Below, one piece after another: positions 9,586 to 21,305 of a DNA stretch of 64,000 nt. A model generated the notes under the pieces. That model saw only the letters and a list, made by a program, of their open reading frames with translations. It made no database searches and had not been told where the DNA came from. Positions within the stretch are counted from its first letter, which is position 1. Each line of letters starts with the position of its first letter. The DNA is from Patescibacteria group bacterium (GTDB lineage: Bacteria; Patescibacteriota; Patescibacteriia; JACRDY01). Location: the NCBI GenBank assembly GCA_041653535.1, contig JBAZFH010000001.1:86175-150174 (forward strand), read 5' to 3'. A program made the position numbers and the translations under genes.

Positions 9586-10527
9586 ATGACTGATCAATTT
9601 TTAATCTCAGCGATTGTGAAAACTTTGGCTTTCTTCGATCTTTTTAGTTTTCCGTTGACCGCAGTGGAAATTTGGCGCTATTTATATAGCGATAGAAAAT
9701 ATTCTCTTGAAGAAGTAATTGCGGTTTTACCGCAAATAACCTTGGTTGGACAAAGCCAGGGTTATTATTTTTTATCATCACGTGATGATAAAATTGTTAC
9801 TTTACGTAAAGAACGCTACGGTATTGCTGAAAAAAAATATCGTAAGGTAAAGAAAGTTTGTCGCTTTTTGGCATTTTTGCCTTTTGTCAGAATGATTGCC
9901 GTATGTAATACTCTGGCTTACAGTAACGCGGCGGACGGTAGCGACATAGATTTATTTATTATCACTAGAAGTAAAAAAGCTTGGACTACACGGTTTTTTT
10001 GCCTGTTTTTTTTGAAATTTTTTGGTCTTCGTCCCAAAGAGAATGATGTAAAAGATAAATTTTGCCTTAGCTTTTTCGTTGATGAAGAAAGCATGAATTT
10101 GGAAAAAACAGCCTTGCCGCGTAACGATATTTATCTTTGTTATTGGATTGATCAACTTTTTCCGGTTTACGATGCTGACGGGTGTTATTATAAAAAGTTT
10201 CAAGAGAGAAATGTTTGGATTAAAAAGTATTTAGCCAATAGTATCGGTGTTGACCCGAATTTACGTCGAACAATAGTGTTAGGATCGGTCGGCGGGTTTA
10301 TGAAAAAATCTAAAGAATATTTTTGGCAATCAGACAAAATGGAGAGATGGGCACAAAAAATGCAGTGGTATCGTTTACCGCAGCTACTAAAAGAAAAATT
10401 TAAAAATAAATACGTGGGCGTGGCGATAGAAGAGGGTTTAATCAAATTAATCAGTAATGACCGGCGGGAAGGTTATCGCAATGAGTGGATAATCAAGGTT
10501 AATGAGTTGGTGACCAAACTAAAATAA
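9586..10527 (+). CDS. Hypothetical protein with a nucleotidyltransferase-like 'GSDIDLFII' motif
   Basis: 'AADGSDIDLFIITRSKKAW' resembles the GS...DxD motif of the Pol-beta NTase fold. 313 aa; function unknown. Confidence 0.4.
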   Translation: MTDQFLISAIVKTLAFFDLFSFPLTAVEIWRYLYSDRKYSLEEVIAVLPQITLVGQSQGYYFLSSRDDKIVTLRKERYGIAEKKYRKVKKVCRFLAFLPFVRMIAVCNTLAYSNAADGSDIDLFIITRSKKAWTTRFFCLFFLKFFGLRPKENDVKDKFCLSFFVDEESMNLEKTALPRNDIYLCYWIDQLFPVYDADGCYYKKFQERNVWIKKYLANSIGVDPNLRRTIVLGSVGGFMKKSKEYFWQSDKMERWAQKMQWYRLPQLLKEKFKNKYVGVAIEEGLIKLISNDRREGYRNEWIIKVNELVTKLK

Positions 10528-10532
10528 TTATT

Positions 10533-11813
10533 ATGTGGCAAAAAATAAGTTTAGCTAAAATTGTCGAGTACGGCGTCTATCTGTTGATTTTTTTGTTGCC
10601 CTGGCAAACGCGTTTGATTTATAAAGTGGCGAGTTTAAATGGAGGATACTGGGAATACGGATCAAACAGTTTTTATGCCAGCGAAGCGTTTTTAATCGTT
10701 TTGGTTATACTATTTTTGGTTTGGCGCAAAAAATCGGGCGGACAAAAAGTGCAACGTAAAGATGTGGTTTTGCCGTTAGTTTTTTTAGTTTGGTCGCTGG
10801 TTTCTGTCGTCTGGTCGTTAGACCGTAATTTGGCGATTTATTATTGGTCTTTTTTTGCCCAAGGCTTCCTGCTTTATTTTTTGATTAGTTATGGACCTGT
10901 TGACAGAACAAAGGCGGTGGTTAGTTTTGTTATGGCCGCCGGAGTTCAGGCAGCGCTTGCCTGGTATCAGTTTTTAACTCAATCGATTTTTGCTTCCAAG
11001 TGGTTGGGGATGGCTAGCCAGTCAGCCAATGATTTGGGCGTATTTGTGATTGAATCGGGCGGGCAGCGTTGGCTGCGCGCTTATGGCTCTTTACCGCACC
11101 CCAATATTTTAGCTGCTTTCTTGGTGGTGGCTTTGATATTTTTATTTTTTCTTAGCTTAAATGTTAATAGTTCACGTCAAAAGCTGTTTATCGTTTCCGG
11201 ATTATCCTTGATTTTACCCGCTTTAATTTTCACTTTTTCTCGAGCGGCATGGTTATCATTGATCGTTTGTTTTTTGTCTTTTATTACTCTTTTGATAATA
11301 AAAAGAATCAAAAATAAATTTACTGCCGAAATTTTAGTTTTAAGCGTGATTTTGGTTATTATTATCGGAGCGATATTTTGGTCGCCGATAAAACCTCGTT
11401 TGGTTGGGGGAGAAAGATTGGAGACGTTGTCTAACCAACAAAGGGTTGGTCTTTATAAGCAAAGTGACATTTTGCTGCAAAAATATGCTTATTACGGCGT
11501 TGGTCCGGGCAACCAGACTTTGGCGGTATATAAGGAAATTGACAATAAGCAACCATCTTGGTTCTATCAGCCGGTGCATAATATTTATGTTTTAGTCTTA
11601 ATTGAAATTGGAGTGGTCGGTGTTGCTATTTATACAGTATTAATTATTTCATTTTTATTTTTTAGTCAAGGCGACTTAAGCGGCAAATTAGCCTTTTTGT
11701 CGTTATTGATAGTCGGGCTTTTTGATCACTTTCTTTGGAGTCTATATTTTGGTATAATTCTTTGGTGGTTAGTCGCAAGTTTAAGTAAAAAAAATGATTA
11801 TGTTAGGAATTAA
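10533..11813 (+). CDS. O-antigen ligase/polymerase (Wzy_C-like) family membrane protein
   Basis: ~11 TM segments. 'AYGSLPHPNILAAFLVVAL' and 'TFSRAAWLSLIV' resemble the O-antigen ligase domain. Confidence 0.6.
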   Translation: MWQKISLAKIVEYGVYLLIFLLPWQTRLIYKVASLNGGYWEYGSNSFYASEAFLIVLVILFLVWRKKSGGQKVQRKDVVLPLVFLVWSLVSVVWSLDRNLAIYYWSFFAQGFLLYFLISYGPVDRTKAVVSFVMAAGVQAALAWYQFLTQSIFASKWLGMASQSANDLGVFVIESGGQRWLRAYGSLPHPNILAAFLVVALIFLFFLSLNVNSSRQKLFIVSGLSLILPALIFTFSRAAWLSLIVCFLSFITLLIIKRIKNKFTAEILVLSVILVIIIGAIFWSPIKPRLVGGERLETLSNQQRVGLYKQSDILLQKYAYYGVGPGNQTLAVYKEIDNKQPSWFYQPVHNIYVLVLIEIGVVGVAIYTVLIISFLFFSQGDLSGKLAFLSLLIVGLFDHFLWSLYFGIILWWLVASLSKKNDYVRN

Positions 11814-12960
11814 AAAGGGACTACCGATGCTGTATTTTTTTGGTTTTGTTTTGTCGGTATCGCTGGCGTTGCCGGCATATATTGCTTCGACTTTTTTGGA
11901 GAAATTTTCCGGAATAGGCAATGTCGGTATTTTTTTTATTGGTTCGGCGCTGGTTGCCATGATTGCCGTTAATTTTTTCCCTTATTACATTAAAAGGTTT
12001 AGTAATTACAAAATAACTCTTTACGTTTTGATTTTATACTTTTTAAGTATTTTTTTATTAATTAATGCTCAGACAAAGATCAGTGCCTTTATTTATTTTT
12101 CTTTAATGACTGCTTTTACTAATTTACTTTTTATTAATATGGATGTATTTGTTGAACGTTTTACCAAGGTAGGGCTGACTGGACGGGTACGGACTGTATA
12201 TTTTACTTTTATCAACGCTGGATGGCTGATTTCACCTTTTATAGTTGGTCGTTTCGTTGGAATAGATAATTATGTTTATATTTATTCTATCTCTGCGGCG
12301 CTGGTCGTACCGGTTTTTGTGGTTTTGGCTTTAAAAAAGAAAACTTTTTTAGATCATACTGAGTATGAACACCATAATACTTTGGACACCATAAAGATGG
12401 TTTGGCAGAACAAAAATCTTCGCGGCGCTTTTAATATTTCTTTTTTGTTGCAATTATTTTATGGTGTTGCGGTTATTTATATTCCGATTTATTTGCATCA
12501 ATATATCGGTTTTAGTTGGGCGACCATCGGGATTATTTTTACCGCTATGTTATTACCGTTTGTTTTGATTGAGATACCGGCTGGTATTATTGCGGATAAA
12601 TATATTGGTGAAAAAGAAATAATGACTGGTGGTTTGCTTATTTTATCCGCAACCACATTTTCAATGTTTTTTATTCATTCAACAAATCCTTGGCTTTGGG
12701 CGGGGCTGCTTTTTACCAACCGTTGTGGAGCAGCACTTTTTGAAGCAATGCGCGAAACTTATTTTTTTAAAATGGTGAATATCAAAGACGTTGATTATGT
12801 GAATGTTTTTCGCAATACCAACAATCTAGGTTATTTAACGGCAGCTGTTTTAGGTGTTGTGGTTTTGCATTTTTTGTCTATTGGCTATATTTTTATTTTT
12901 ACCAGTTTGATACTTTTGAGCGGATTATATTTTATCTTTCACATGAAAGATACTAAATAG
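11794..12960 (+). CDS. MFS-type transporter
   Basis: 388 aa, ~12 TM, MFS-like loop 'GRFVGI' between TM2 and TM3. Overlaps the upstream gene by ~20 nt, so the start is uncertain. Confidence 0.5.
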   Translation: MIMLGIKKGLPMLYFFGFVLSVSLALPAYIASTFLEKFSGIGNVGIFFIGSALVAMIAVNFFPYYIKRFSNYKITLYVLILYFLSIFLLINAQTKISAFIYFSLMTAFTNLLFINMDVFVERFTKVGLTGRVRTVYFTFINAGWLISPFIVGRFVGIDNYVYIYSISAALVVPVFVVLALKKKTFLDHTEYEHHNTLDTIKMVWQNKNLRGAFNISFLLQLFYGVAVIYIPIYLHQYIGFSWATIGIIFTAMLLPFVLIEIPAGIIADKYIGEKEIMTGGLLILSATTFSMFFIHSTNPWLWAGLLFTNRCGAALFEAMRETYFFKMVNIKDVDYVNVFRNTNNLGYLTAAVLGVVVLHFLSIGYIFIFTSLILLSGLYFIFHMKDTK

Positions 12961-13027
12961 TTTTTTCAATCCTCATTTGGTTGTGGATAGGGGATTTTTT
13001 TGTTGAAAAATAGCTATTTATTTTATC

Positions 13028-13056
13028 TTGACAAGGTCTTGCTGATGCCATAAAAT
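13028..13056 (+). promoter_or_regulatory. Sigma-70-like promoter of groESL
   Basis: Perfect -35 TTGACA (13028-13033), 17-nt spacer, -10 TAAAAT (13051-13056). Confidence 0.65.
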
Positions 13057-13066
13057 ATGAACACGA

Positions 13067-13093
13067 TTAGCACTCTAGAAAATAGAGTGCTAA
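13067..13093 (+). promoter_or_regulatory. CIRCE operator (HrcA binding site)
   Basis: TTAGCACTC-N9-GAGTGCTAA is a perfect match to the CIRCE consensus. It lies between the promoter and the groES start. Confidence 0.85.
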
Positions 13094-13121
13094 TACCTCT
13101 AAGTAATAAAATAAAATCAAT

Positions 13122-13409
13122 ATGAACATCAAACCGTTGCGTAATAATGTGATTGTCCGACCGGTTCGTAAAGAAGAGGCTACTAAATCAGGAATTGTTT
13201 TACCCGATACTTTGGATAAAGAAAAACCCGAGCAGGGTGAGGTTTTAGCTATCGGACCAGGTCGACTACTGGACAGCGGTTCTCGGGCACCAATGTCAGT
13301 TAAAATTGGTGATAAAGTAATGTTTAAAAAATATTCTCCTGATGAAATTAAAGTCGACGGCGAAGAACTATTAGTTATCGAAGAAGGCGATATCATCGCT
13401 ATTTTATAA
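13122..13409 (+). CDS. groES: Co-chaperonin GroES
   Basis: 'IKPLRNNVIVRP...SGIVLPDT...GEVLAIGPG', 95 aa. Confidence 0.95.
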   Translation: MNIKPLRNNVIVRPVRKEEATKSGIVLPDTLDKEKPEQGEVLAIGPGRLLDSGSRAPMSVKIGDKVMFKKYSPDEIKVDGEELLVIEEGDIIAIL

Positions 13410-13427
13410 TTATTTTAATAACTATAA

Positions 13428-15080
<1,653 letters not shown>

Positions 15081-15142
15081 AAAATAAATAAAAAACTCCG
15101 GTCTTTCCGGAGTTTTTTAAAATATGTTATAATAGAAATGTT

Positions 15143-15676
15143 ATGGTAGAAGAAAAAAATCTATGGCAGGAGGACGAGACGTCAAAAGATCTAAAATTTT
15201 ATTTTAGTACCATTCGTCGTCCGTTTGTTATCTGCAGTGGGTTTATTTTATTTTTTTATCTTTTAAGCTTGGTTAGCTTTTTGCAGTGGACCAGAGAATC
15301 TTTAAGTTACTGTAGTTGGATCGTATCTCTGATTTTAATATTAGTAGTGGTTTTACGAGTAACTAAGACGCGGGTTAAAGATGGAATTCATGCCGTGACG
15401 GTTGGGTTTATGGCGGCGTTGCTTATTGGCTGGTGGCAAGTAGTACTAGAAACTATTTGGTTTTGGTCGTGGTGGAGATTAGTAGATATTTTTGTAGAGC
15501 CCTTGATAATAGCTTTGATCGGAGGGTTGATTGGCATTGTAATAGTAAAATTTTATCAATTAAAAAATAAGGTCATGGTTGCAACGGCAATGACTGAAAA
15601 AATGCCGGCGCCGCCTGCCGAAGAAATAAAACAATATGGAAAACAGTCAGAAGACTCAACAACCAAGCAAAATTAA
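15143..15676 (+). CDS. Hypothetical membrane protein
   Basis: 177 aa with 4 predicted TM segments. Confidence 0.35.
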   Translation: MVEEKNLWQEDETSKDLKFYFSTIRRPFVICSGFILFFYLLSLVSFLQWTRESLSYCSWIVSLILILVVVLRVTKTRVKDGIHAVTVGFMAALLIGWWQVVLETIWFWSWWRLVDIFVEPLIIALIGGLIGIVIVKFYQLKNKVMVATAMTEKMPAPPAEEIKQYGKQSEDSTTKQN

Positions 15677-15965
15677 TCTTAGCGACAACAAAACAATCGC
15701 CGCCTTGTCTTATATTTGGGTTTTATTTTTGATTCCGTTGTTAGCTAAAAGAGAAGACAAATTTTGTCAGTTTCATGCCAAACAAGGGTTAGCGTTGTTT
15801 TTAGTAGAAGTGGTTGGTGGATTTGTATTTTGGATACCACTGATCGGTTGGGCGTTATTTTTAGCAGTGTTGGTAGTTTCAGTCGTCGGAATTCTAAAAG
15901 CATTGGGCGGGCAATACTGGGAAATACCGGTGTTAGGCGAGTATGCTAAAAAAATAAATCTATAA
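15636..15965 (+). CDS. DUF4870-like small membrane protein
   Basis: 'AALSYIWVLFLIPLLAKREDKFCQFHAKQGLALFLVEV' matches the DUF4870 pattern (A.LSYI...P.....D.FV.FHA.Q). Confidence 0.45.
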   Translation: MENSQKTQQPSKINLSDNKTIAALSYIWVLFLIPLLAKREDKFCQFHAKQGLALFLVEVVGGFVFWIPLIGWALFLAVLVVSVVGILKALGGQYWEIPVLGEYAKKINL

Positions 15966-15989
15966 GTTTATATTTAAGGAGGGAAGTTT

Positions 15990-17429
15990 ATGAAAAAAAG
16001 AACAAAAATTGTTTGTACTATTGGTCCGTCGTCGGAAGACAAAAAAGTATTAGAATCTATGGTTCATGCGGGAATGGATGTTGCCAGGCTCAATTTTTCT
16101 CATGGTAAATATCGCCATCATAAAATGTTGATTAAAAATATTCGAATCGCTGCAGCTCGGGCGGGACACGCTGTCGCTATATTGCAAGATTTGCAGGGAC
16201 CGCGGATTCGTACCGGTAATATTGTCAAAGAAGGAGTTGAACTTTCGGTGAATGATAAAGTGGCTCTGTATGTCGAAAAAGAAACAACTGCTCCGCCTAA
16301 AGTCAAAGCAGATAAATTTTTGCCTATTCAGTATCAAAGTTTGGCAAAAGAAATAAAAATCGGAGCAACGATTTTTATCAGCGATGGAATAATCGAACTG
16401 AAAGTTACCAAGGTTGATAAAAAACAAGAGTTAGTTTTTGCTCGGGTTATTCGTGGTGGTACTGTTTTGGCTTTGCGGGGAATGAATTTACCCGGGACCA
16501 AAATATCAGCACCGTCGATTACTGCTAAAGACAAGGAAGATTTGAAATTTGGTTTATGCCAAGGCATGGATTGGGTAGCGCTGTCTTTTGTTCGAGAGGC
16601 AAGCGACGTGTCAGCTCTCAAAAGACTGATCCAGAGCTATCATCCTAAAAGTTTGGTGAAAGTGATGGCAAAAATAGAAAGACAAGAAGCAATAAAAAAT
16701 TTTGATAAAATATTGGCGGTTGTCGATGGCATAATGGTGGCAAGAGGAGATCTGGGAATTGAACTAGCACCAGCGCAAGTGCCAATATTACAAAAAGAAT
16801 TAGTGGCTAAATGTTTAGCTGCGGCTAAGCCTGTGATAGTAGCAACGCAAATGTTAGAATCAATGATGGAAAAACCGCGTCCGACTCGCGCTGAAGTTTC
16901 TGACGTTGCCAATGCTGTTATTGATCATGCCGATGCCGTTATGCTTTCCGGCGAAACAGCGACCGGGAAATATCCTGTTGAAGTAGTGGAGATGATGGCA
17001 AGTATTATTTCCAAAACAGAAAAATCACCATATGACGATTTGGCAATTCAGTCGCCTTCTTTGGCTAAATCAACGTTGTTTGCCGTCGCTGAATCAATAA
17101 AAGTTTTAGCAAATAAATTAAAAGTTAAAGTATTAGTTGTTTCTGATAGTACCGGTGAAGCCGTGCGAGCAATTTCCAGTTTTCGGCCGGAGGTGGATAT
17201 AATAGTTTTAACCAGGAGTAAAACAACACAGCAACAACTAGGTTTGAATTGGGGAGTTAGGGCAGAACTTAAAGATTTGAAAGCTCGGGAAGACAAATTG
17301 TCTGAACAAATGACAGGCTGGATTTATGCTCATAAAAAGCGTCTTGGCGGAAGCAGGGCAATAATAGTTTCAGCAGTTCGTCGTCATGGGATTTGTGAAA
17401 TAAATTTTGTAAAAGTAGTTGAATTTTAG
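15990..17429 (+). CDS. pyk: Pyruvate kinase
   Basis: 'KIVCTIGPSS', 'ARLNFSHG', and a C-terminal allosteric domain. 479 aa. Confidence 0.9.
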   Translation: MKKRTKIVCTIGPSSEDKKVLESMVHAGMDVARLNFSHGKYRHHKMLIKNIRIAAARAGHAVAILQDLQGPRIRTGNIVKEGVELSVNDKVALYVEKETTAPPKVKADKFLPIQYQSLAKEIKIGATIFISDGIIELKVTKVDKKQELVFARVIRGGTVLALRGMNLPGTKISAPSITAKDKEDLKFGLCQGMDWVALSFVREASDVSALKRLIQSYHPKSLVKVMAKIERQEAIKNFDKILAVVDGIMVARGDLGIELAPAQVPILQKELVAKCLAAAKPVIVATQMLESMMEKPRPTRAEVSDVANAVIDHADAVMLSGETATGKYPVEVVEMMASIISKTEKSPYDDLAIQSPSLAKSTLFAVAESIKVLANKLKVKVLVVSDSTGEAVRAISSFRPEVDIIVLTRSKTTQQQLGLNWGVRAELKDLKAREDKLSEQMTGWIYAHKKRLGGSRAIIVSAVRRHGICEINFVKVVEF

Positions 17430-17541
17430 TATAAATTAGCTAAATTTAAATAAAGAAGTAATGCGATATTGACAATATTTCTTTTTTTTGTTATTATATT
17501 ATCATTGTTGAAAACTTGAAATAAAGTCCTGGGAGGCTTAT

Positions 17542-17946
17542 ATGACTATGACGAAAACGGCGTTTTTGTTGGAACTCGTCGGTTACTTTATCGTCGAGTT
17601 CGTTGGTATCTTTATTTTCGTTCTGGTTTGTTCGCTGCTATCAATCGGTCTATTGATCGACGAAGCGGCGTACAATGCCGCCGGCGCGCCCATCTACGAT
17701 GTAGTTGTGGCACCGGTAGTGGCGTTATGGTGGTTATGGGGTGTTATTGCCTTTGCCGCGGCACTGTTCGTGGTTAAAAGACAAGAAAGAGACCGCCAAG
17801 GTTCATACTTACGGGTCATTAACGAGCTGTATAGACAGCTTCTTGACCCGAACTATACCGAGGAAGAAAAAAATGAGATTCGGTTTCGCCTTCACCTCAT
17901 TGAGCGAAACCAGCAGCAGCCGCTCATCGAGCGGCAAGAAAACTAA
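17542..17946 (+). CDS. Hypothetical membrane protein, GC-rich
   Basis: 134 aa, 2-3 TM. Local GC is clearly above its neighbours. Confidence 0.35.
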   Translation: MTMTKTAFLLELVGYFIVEFVGIFIFVLVCSLLSIGLLIDEAAYNAAGAPIYDVVVAPVVALWWLWGVIAFAAALFVVKRQERDRQGSYLRVINELYRQLLDPNYTEEEKNEIRFRLHLIERNQQQPLIERQEN

Positions 17947-18033
17947 GCAGCCATTTTTCGAGACCGTGAAACGCGCAGCGTTATCACGGTCTTTTTCTTT
18001 ATTCGTGTTTTTTAGTATAATGAGACTAAATAT

Positions 18034-18642
18034 ATGTTAAATGTAAAAACCAAGTTTTCTATTTTTATCGTGATTTTATTAATTTTTGTGTTTTTTTTGT
18101 GGTTTTTTATTTCCGCTTCAGATAAGGCGAGCCAAGGCAGCGACATCGCTGCGGGAACCATGAATCGCCCGGCCAGAGGCGGTGCTGACGCAAAAGTGGT
18201 ACTAGAAGTTTATTTTGATTTTCTTTGTCCAGTTTGTCGTGAAACAGATGCGACATTAACTAAAATATATCAAAAGTACGGCGATGAAATAAGAATTGAG
18301 CCACACTATGTGCCAACTAAAAAAAGTTCCATATTAATTAATGCTTCAGCTGAGTGCGCACAGCGACAGGGTAAGTATTGGGAATATCATGATTTACTTT
18401 TTGCCAATCAGGAAAAACTGACAAACGTCAGTGTTTTGCAAGATTACGCGGCGCAGGTAAAAATAGATATTAATGAATTTAATAATTGTATAAACTCCAA
18501 CCAAACCGTTCCGGCAATCGAGTATGACATGAATCGGGCAACAGAGCTAAAATTGCAAGACGTTCCTCATATTTTTGCTAATGGAGAAGAGATATCTTGG
18601 CAAAGACCGGAAAACGACATTATTCGTTTTTTAGCGGAATAA
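18034..18642 (+). CDS. DsbA-like thiol:disulfide oxidoreductase (thioredoxin fold)
   Basis: N-terminal TM anchor, 'YFDFLCPVCRE' CPxC active site, and a second Cys pair 'CAQRQ...C' further downstream. Confidence 0.7.
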   Translation: MLNVKTKFSIFIVILLIFVFFLWFFISASDKASQGSDIAAGTMNRPARGGADAKVVLEVYFDFLCPVCRETDATLTKIYQKYGDEIRIEPHYVPTKKSSILINASAECAQRQGKYWEYHDLLFANQEKLTNVSVLQDYAAQVKIDINEFNNCINSNQTVPAIEYDMNRATELKLQDVPHIFANGEEISWQRPENDIIRFLAE

Positions 18643-18643
18643 T

Positions 18644-19447
18644 ATGTTTAGCACCGCACCAAATAGTATTTTATTACAGCTAGGATCACTGGCGATTCAT
18701 TGGTATGGATTGCTGGTGGTTGTCGGTTTTGTTGTTGGTTTTTTAATTATGCTTTTTTTGTTTAAAAAGAATAATTTATCATCCGATGACGCTTATGATT
18801 TATTTTTTTATGTTATTGTTTTTGGGATAATCGGAGCGCGTCTTTATTATGTTTTTTATGCTTGGCAGTATTATTCGCAAAATTTGTTAGATGTTTTTAA
18901 AATTTGGCATGGCGGACTAGCTATTCACGGTGCTATTATCGCCGCTATAATTACTATTTATTTTTATTCAAAGCGCAAAAAATGGTCACCTTGGATGATA
19001 GCAGATGTTATCGCTACTTGTGTCCCATTGTCTTTGGCTATAGGAAGATGGGGAAATTATTTTAATCAAGAGCTTTTTGGCAAGCCCACGACCTTGCCCT
19101 GGAGCATCCCTATAGAACCGGCTAATCGTCCAGAACAATATAGTAATTTTACCAAATTTCATCCGACGTTTTTATATGAATCTATTTTGGATTTAATCTT
19201 ATTTACGGTTTTGTTTATTTGGCAAAAACGCAGGAGACGAGAGGCGGGGAGTGAAGGACAGGACGGTATTATTACTTTGTTTTTTTTGATTGGTTATTCG
19301 GTAATTAGATTTTTTATGGAGTTTTTGCGTACCGATTATTCGCCGTTGATTTTTGGTTTTCGCTTTGCGCAAGTTTTATCGGGCGTTGTATTTTTTGTAA
19401 CACTTAGTATTGTTTTATTTTTCAAATTTCGTCGAAAATGGTTTTAA
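18644..19447 (+). CDS. lgt: Prolipoprotein diacylglyceryl transferase
   Basis: 'HWYGLLVVVGF', 'GARLYYVF', 'HGGLAIHGA', 'GRWGNYFNQELFG' are Lgt signature motifs. Confidence 0.85.
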   Translation: MFSTAPNSILLQLGSLAIHWYGLLVVVGFVVGFLIMLFLFKKNNLSSDDAYDLFFYVIVFGIIGARLYYVFYAWQYYSQNLLDVFKIWHGGLAIHGAIIAAIITIYFYSKRKKWSPWMIADVIATCVPLSLAIGRWGNYFNQELFGKPTTLPWSIPIEPANRPEQYSNFTKFHPTFLYESILDLILFTVLFIWQKRRRREAGSEGQDGIITLFFLIGYSVIRFFMEFLRTDYSPLIFGFRFAQVLSGVVFFVTLSIVLFFKFRRKWF

Positions 19448-19497
19448 AATTATTTTTTTCAACAAAAAAACACGAATGTCTTTAATTCGTGTTATTT

Positions 19498-19573
19498 TGG
19501 CGGGCTCGAAGGGAATCGAACCCTCGGTCTCCTCCGTGACAGGGAGGCATGTTAACCGCTACACCACGAGCCC
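19498..19573 (-). tRNA. tRNA-Asp (anticodon GTC), CCA encoded
   Basis: Reverse complement gives gggctcg...cctcc-ctGTCac-ggagg...ttcgatt...cgagccc-g-cca. Confidence 0.85.
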
Positions 19574-19708
19574 ATTAATATTCAAAACCTATAAAACTAC
19601 GGCTTATTATATTACATCGGTTAAATTGTGTCAATATTTTTGGTTTGACAATGGTTGTCTTTTAGCCTATCCTTAAGATAATAAAATATTAAAATTATTT
19701 CTAAATTT

Positions 19709-20674
19709 ATGCGAAAAGAAGCTTTAAATAATGTGGCTGATCCTAAAAAAGAGCCAACTGAGGAGGGGGCGGGTAGAGATTTATTACATCCGGAGCAAGC
19801 AATAAAAGAAAGGAAGGATTTGGAACAGTTGCGGGAAGCTAATCGCGCCTTAGATCAAAAAAGGATTATTGATGTCAGACAAGAGATTGAAGATCAGTAT
19901 GACTATAGCGTTGAACCGCCGAGAAAAATATACCCTGTGAATACTAAAAAAGAGCCGATATCTTTTTGGGGCAAAGCAAGACAAATGATCAATGGTGCAA
20001 CAAAAAAAATTAAATCTTGGTTCAGTGCTTCTGGAGAGCAGCCGGAGCAAAAAGCGGTTAATAATATATTAAGTAAAAAAGTAGTAGCTGAGCCGGCCGA
20101 TGATTTTACTGAGAAAGAATCGAGGAGAATAAAAATCGCTGCAGTCAAAGAGAAAAGGATTTCCGGTGAAACAAAAAATATCATCAAGGCTTTTGAAAGT
20201 GAAAATTGGCAGCGAGTAATCGATTTACTGCCCAGTTCTCAGGAGGCTTTGCGTCGTTTTGGTGATAAATTAGACGTACGTTCAAAGCTCTATTATGATT
20301 TGAAAAGTAACGGAATCAATCCGACCGACGAAGTAGAGATTGCTAAATATCTTTATCGACAAGCATGGGAAAATTTAGATCAAGAAAATAATAAAAAAAA
20401 GCAGTATTTAGAAAAAGAATGGATTCAATTTGCTGATGCTATAAAAGGAGAAAGATATAAAGCCGCTTTAGAAATGTTGCCTTATTTGCAGGAAATAATT
20501 GAGCAAAAAGTTAAAGACAAGGATCGTAATATGATAAAGATGCTAGAGACTCAAAAGATCAAAGCGGACGATTATACTACTGTTGGTTTACGGTTACGCA
20601 GAGAACTAGAGCAGAGGATGAAACATGCTAGGAAAAAATCGGAAAAAAAAGATGATATAAAAATAGCCGCCTAA
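19709..20674 (+). CDS. Hypothetical K/E-rich (coiled-coil-like) protein
   Basis: 321 aa, highly charged, no motif recognised. Confidence 0.35.
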   Translation: MRKEALNNVADPKKEPTEEGAGRDLLHPEQAIKERKDLEQLREANRALDQKRIIDVRQEIEDQYDYSVEPPRKIYPVNTKKEPISFWGKARQMINGATKKIKSWFSASGEQPEQKAVNNILSKKVVAEPADDFTEKESRRIKIAAVKEKRISGETKNIIKAFESENWQRVIDLLPSSQEALRRFGDKLDVRSKLYYDLKSNGINPTDEVEIAKYLYRQAWENLDQENNKKKQYLEKEWIQFADAIKGERYKAALEMLPYLQEIIEQKVKDKDRNMIKMLETQKIKADDYTTVGLRLRRELEQRMKHARKKSEKKDDIKIAA

Positions 20675-20733
20675 ATAAAGGTATAATATAAAACAACCCT
20701 GCAATTACGGGGTTGTTTTATATTTCTAGGCAT

Positions 20734-21081
20734 CTATTTTTTTATTTCATTTACTATCGCGGCAAAAACTTTTGGATGTTCGGCGGCTAATTGGGCTAAT
20801 ATTTTACGATCAATGATAATTTTATTTTTGTTCAACGCGCCGATAAATTTACTGTAAGACAGGTTAAATTCTTTTAACCCGGCGCTGATCCGTTGATTCC
20901 ATAAAGCTCGCATGTCGCGTTTTTTTGTTTTTCGTCCGACGTAGGAATGAGCGCCGGCTTTAACCGAGGCAGTTCTGCCAAGGCGCATTGATGATTTACG
21001 TCCGGCGATAAAACCTTTAGTTCTTTTGCGTAATGTGCGACGTTTTTTGAGGTGCAGTATCGCTCTTTTTACTCTAGGCAT
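20734..21081 (-). CDS. rplT: 50S ribosomal protein L20
   Basis: 'MPRVKRAILHLKKRRTLRKRTKGF...RISAGL' typical of L20. Confidence 0.95.
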   Translation of the reverse strand: MPRVKRAILHLKKRRTLRKRTKGFIAGRKSSMRLGRTASVKAGAHSYVGRKTKKRDMRALWNQRISAGLKEFNLSYSKFIGALNKNKIIIDRKILAQLAAEHPKVFAAIVNEIKK

Positions 21082-21106
21082 ATCAAAAAGTTTAAAATAA
21101 ATTAAA

Positions 21107-21304
21107 TTAAGAATAGGGCATTAGACGACGTAAGTTTCGTTGTTCGGTTTTAGCGGTGGTGATATCGCGTCGTTTGTTGCGGCGGGTTTTACCGGTTTCA
21201 CGGGAATTAAAGTGGTCTTGACCGCCTTTGCGTTGGAGTAACTTTTTGTTTTTTGTCACTTTAATTCTTTTGGCTATGCTTTTGTGGGTTTTTAGTTTCG
21301 GCAT
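21107..21304 (-). CDS. rpmI: 50S ribosomal protein L35
   Basis: 'MPKLKTHKSIAKRIKVT', 65 aa, basic. Confidence 0.9.
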   Translation of the reverse strand: MPKLKTHKSIAKRIKVTKNKKLLQRKGGQDHFNSRETGKTRRNKRRDITTAKTEQRNLRRLMPYS

Positions 21305-21305
21305 A

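Noticed and set aside
16050-17296. Minus-strand ORFs overlapping pyk
   Set aside because: Embedded in a confidently identified gene. No supporting features.
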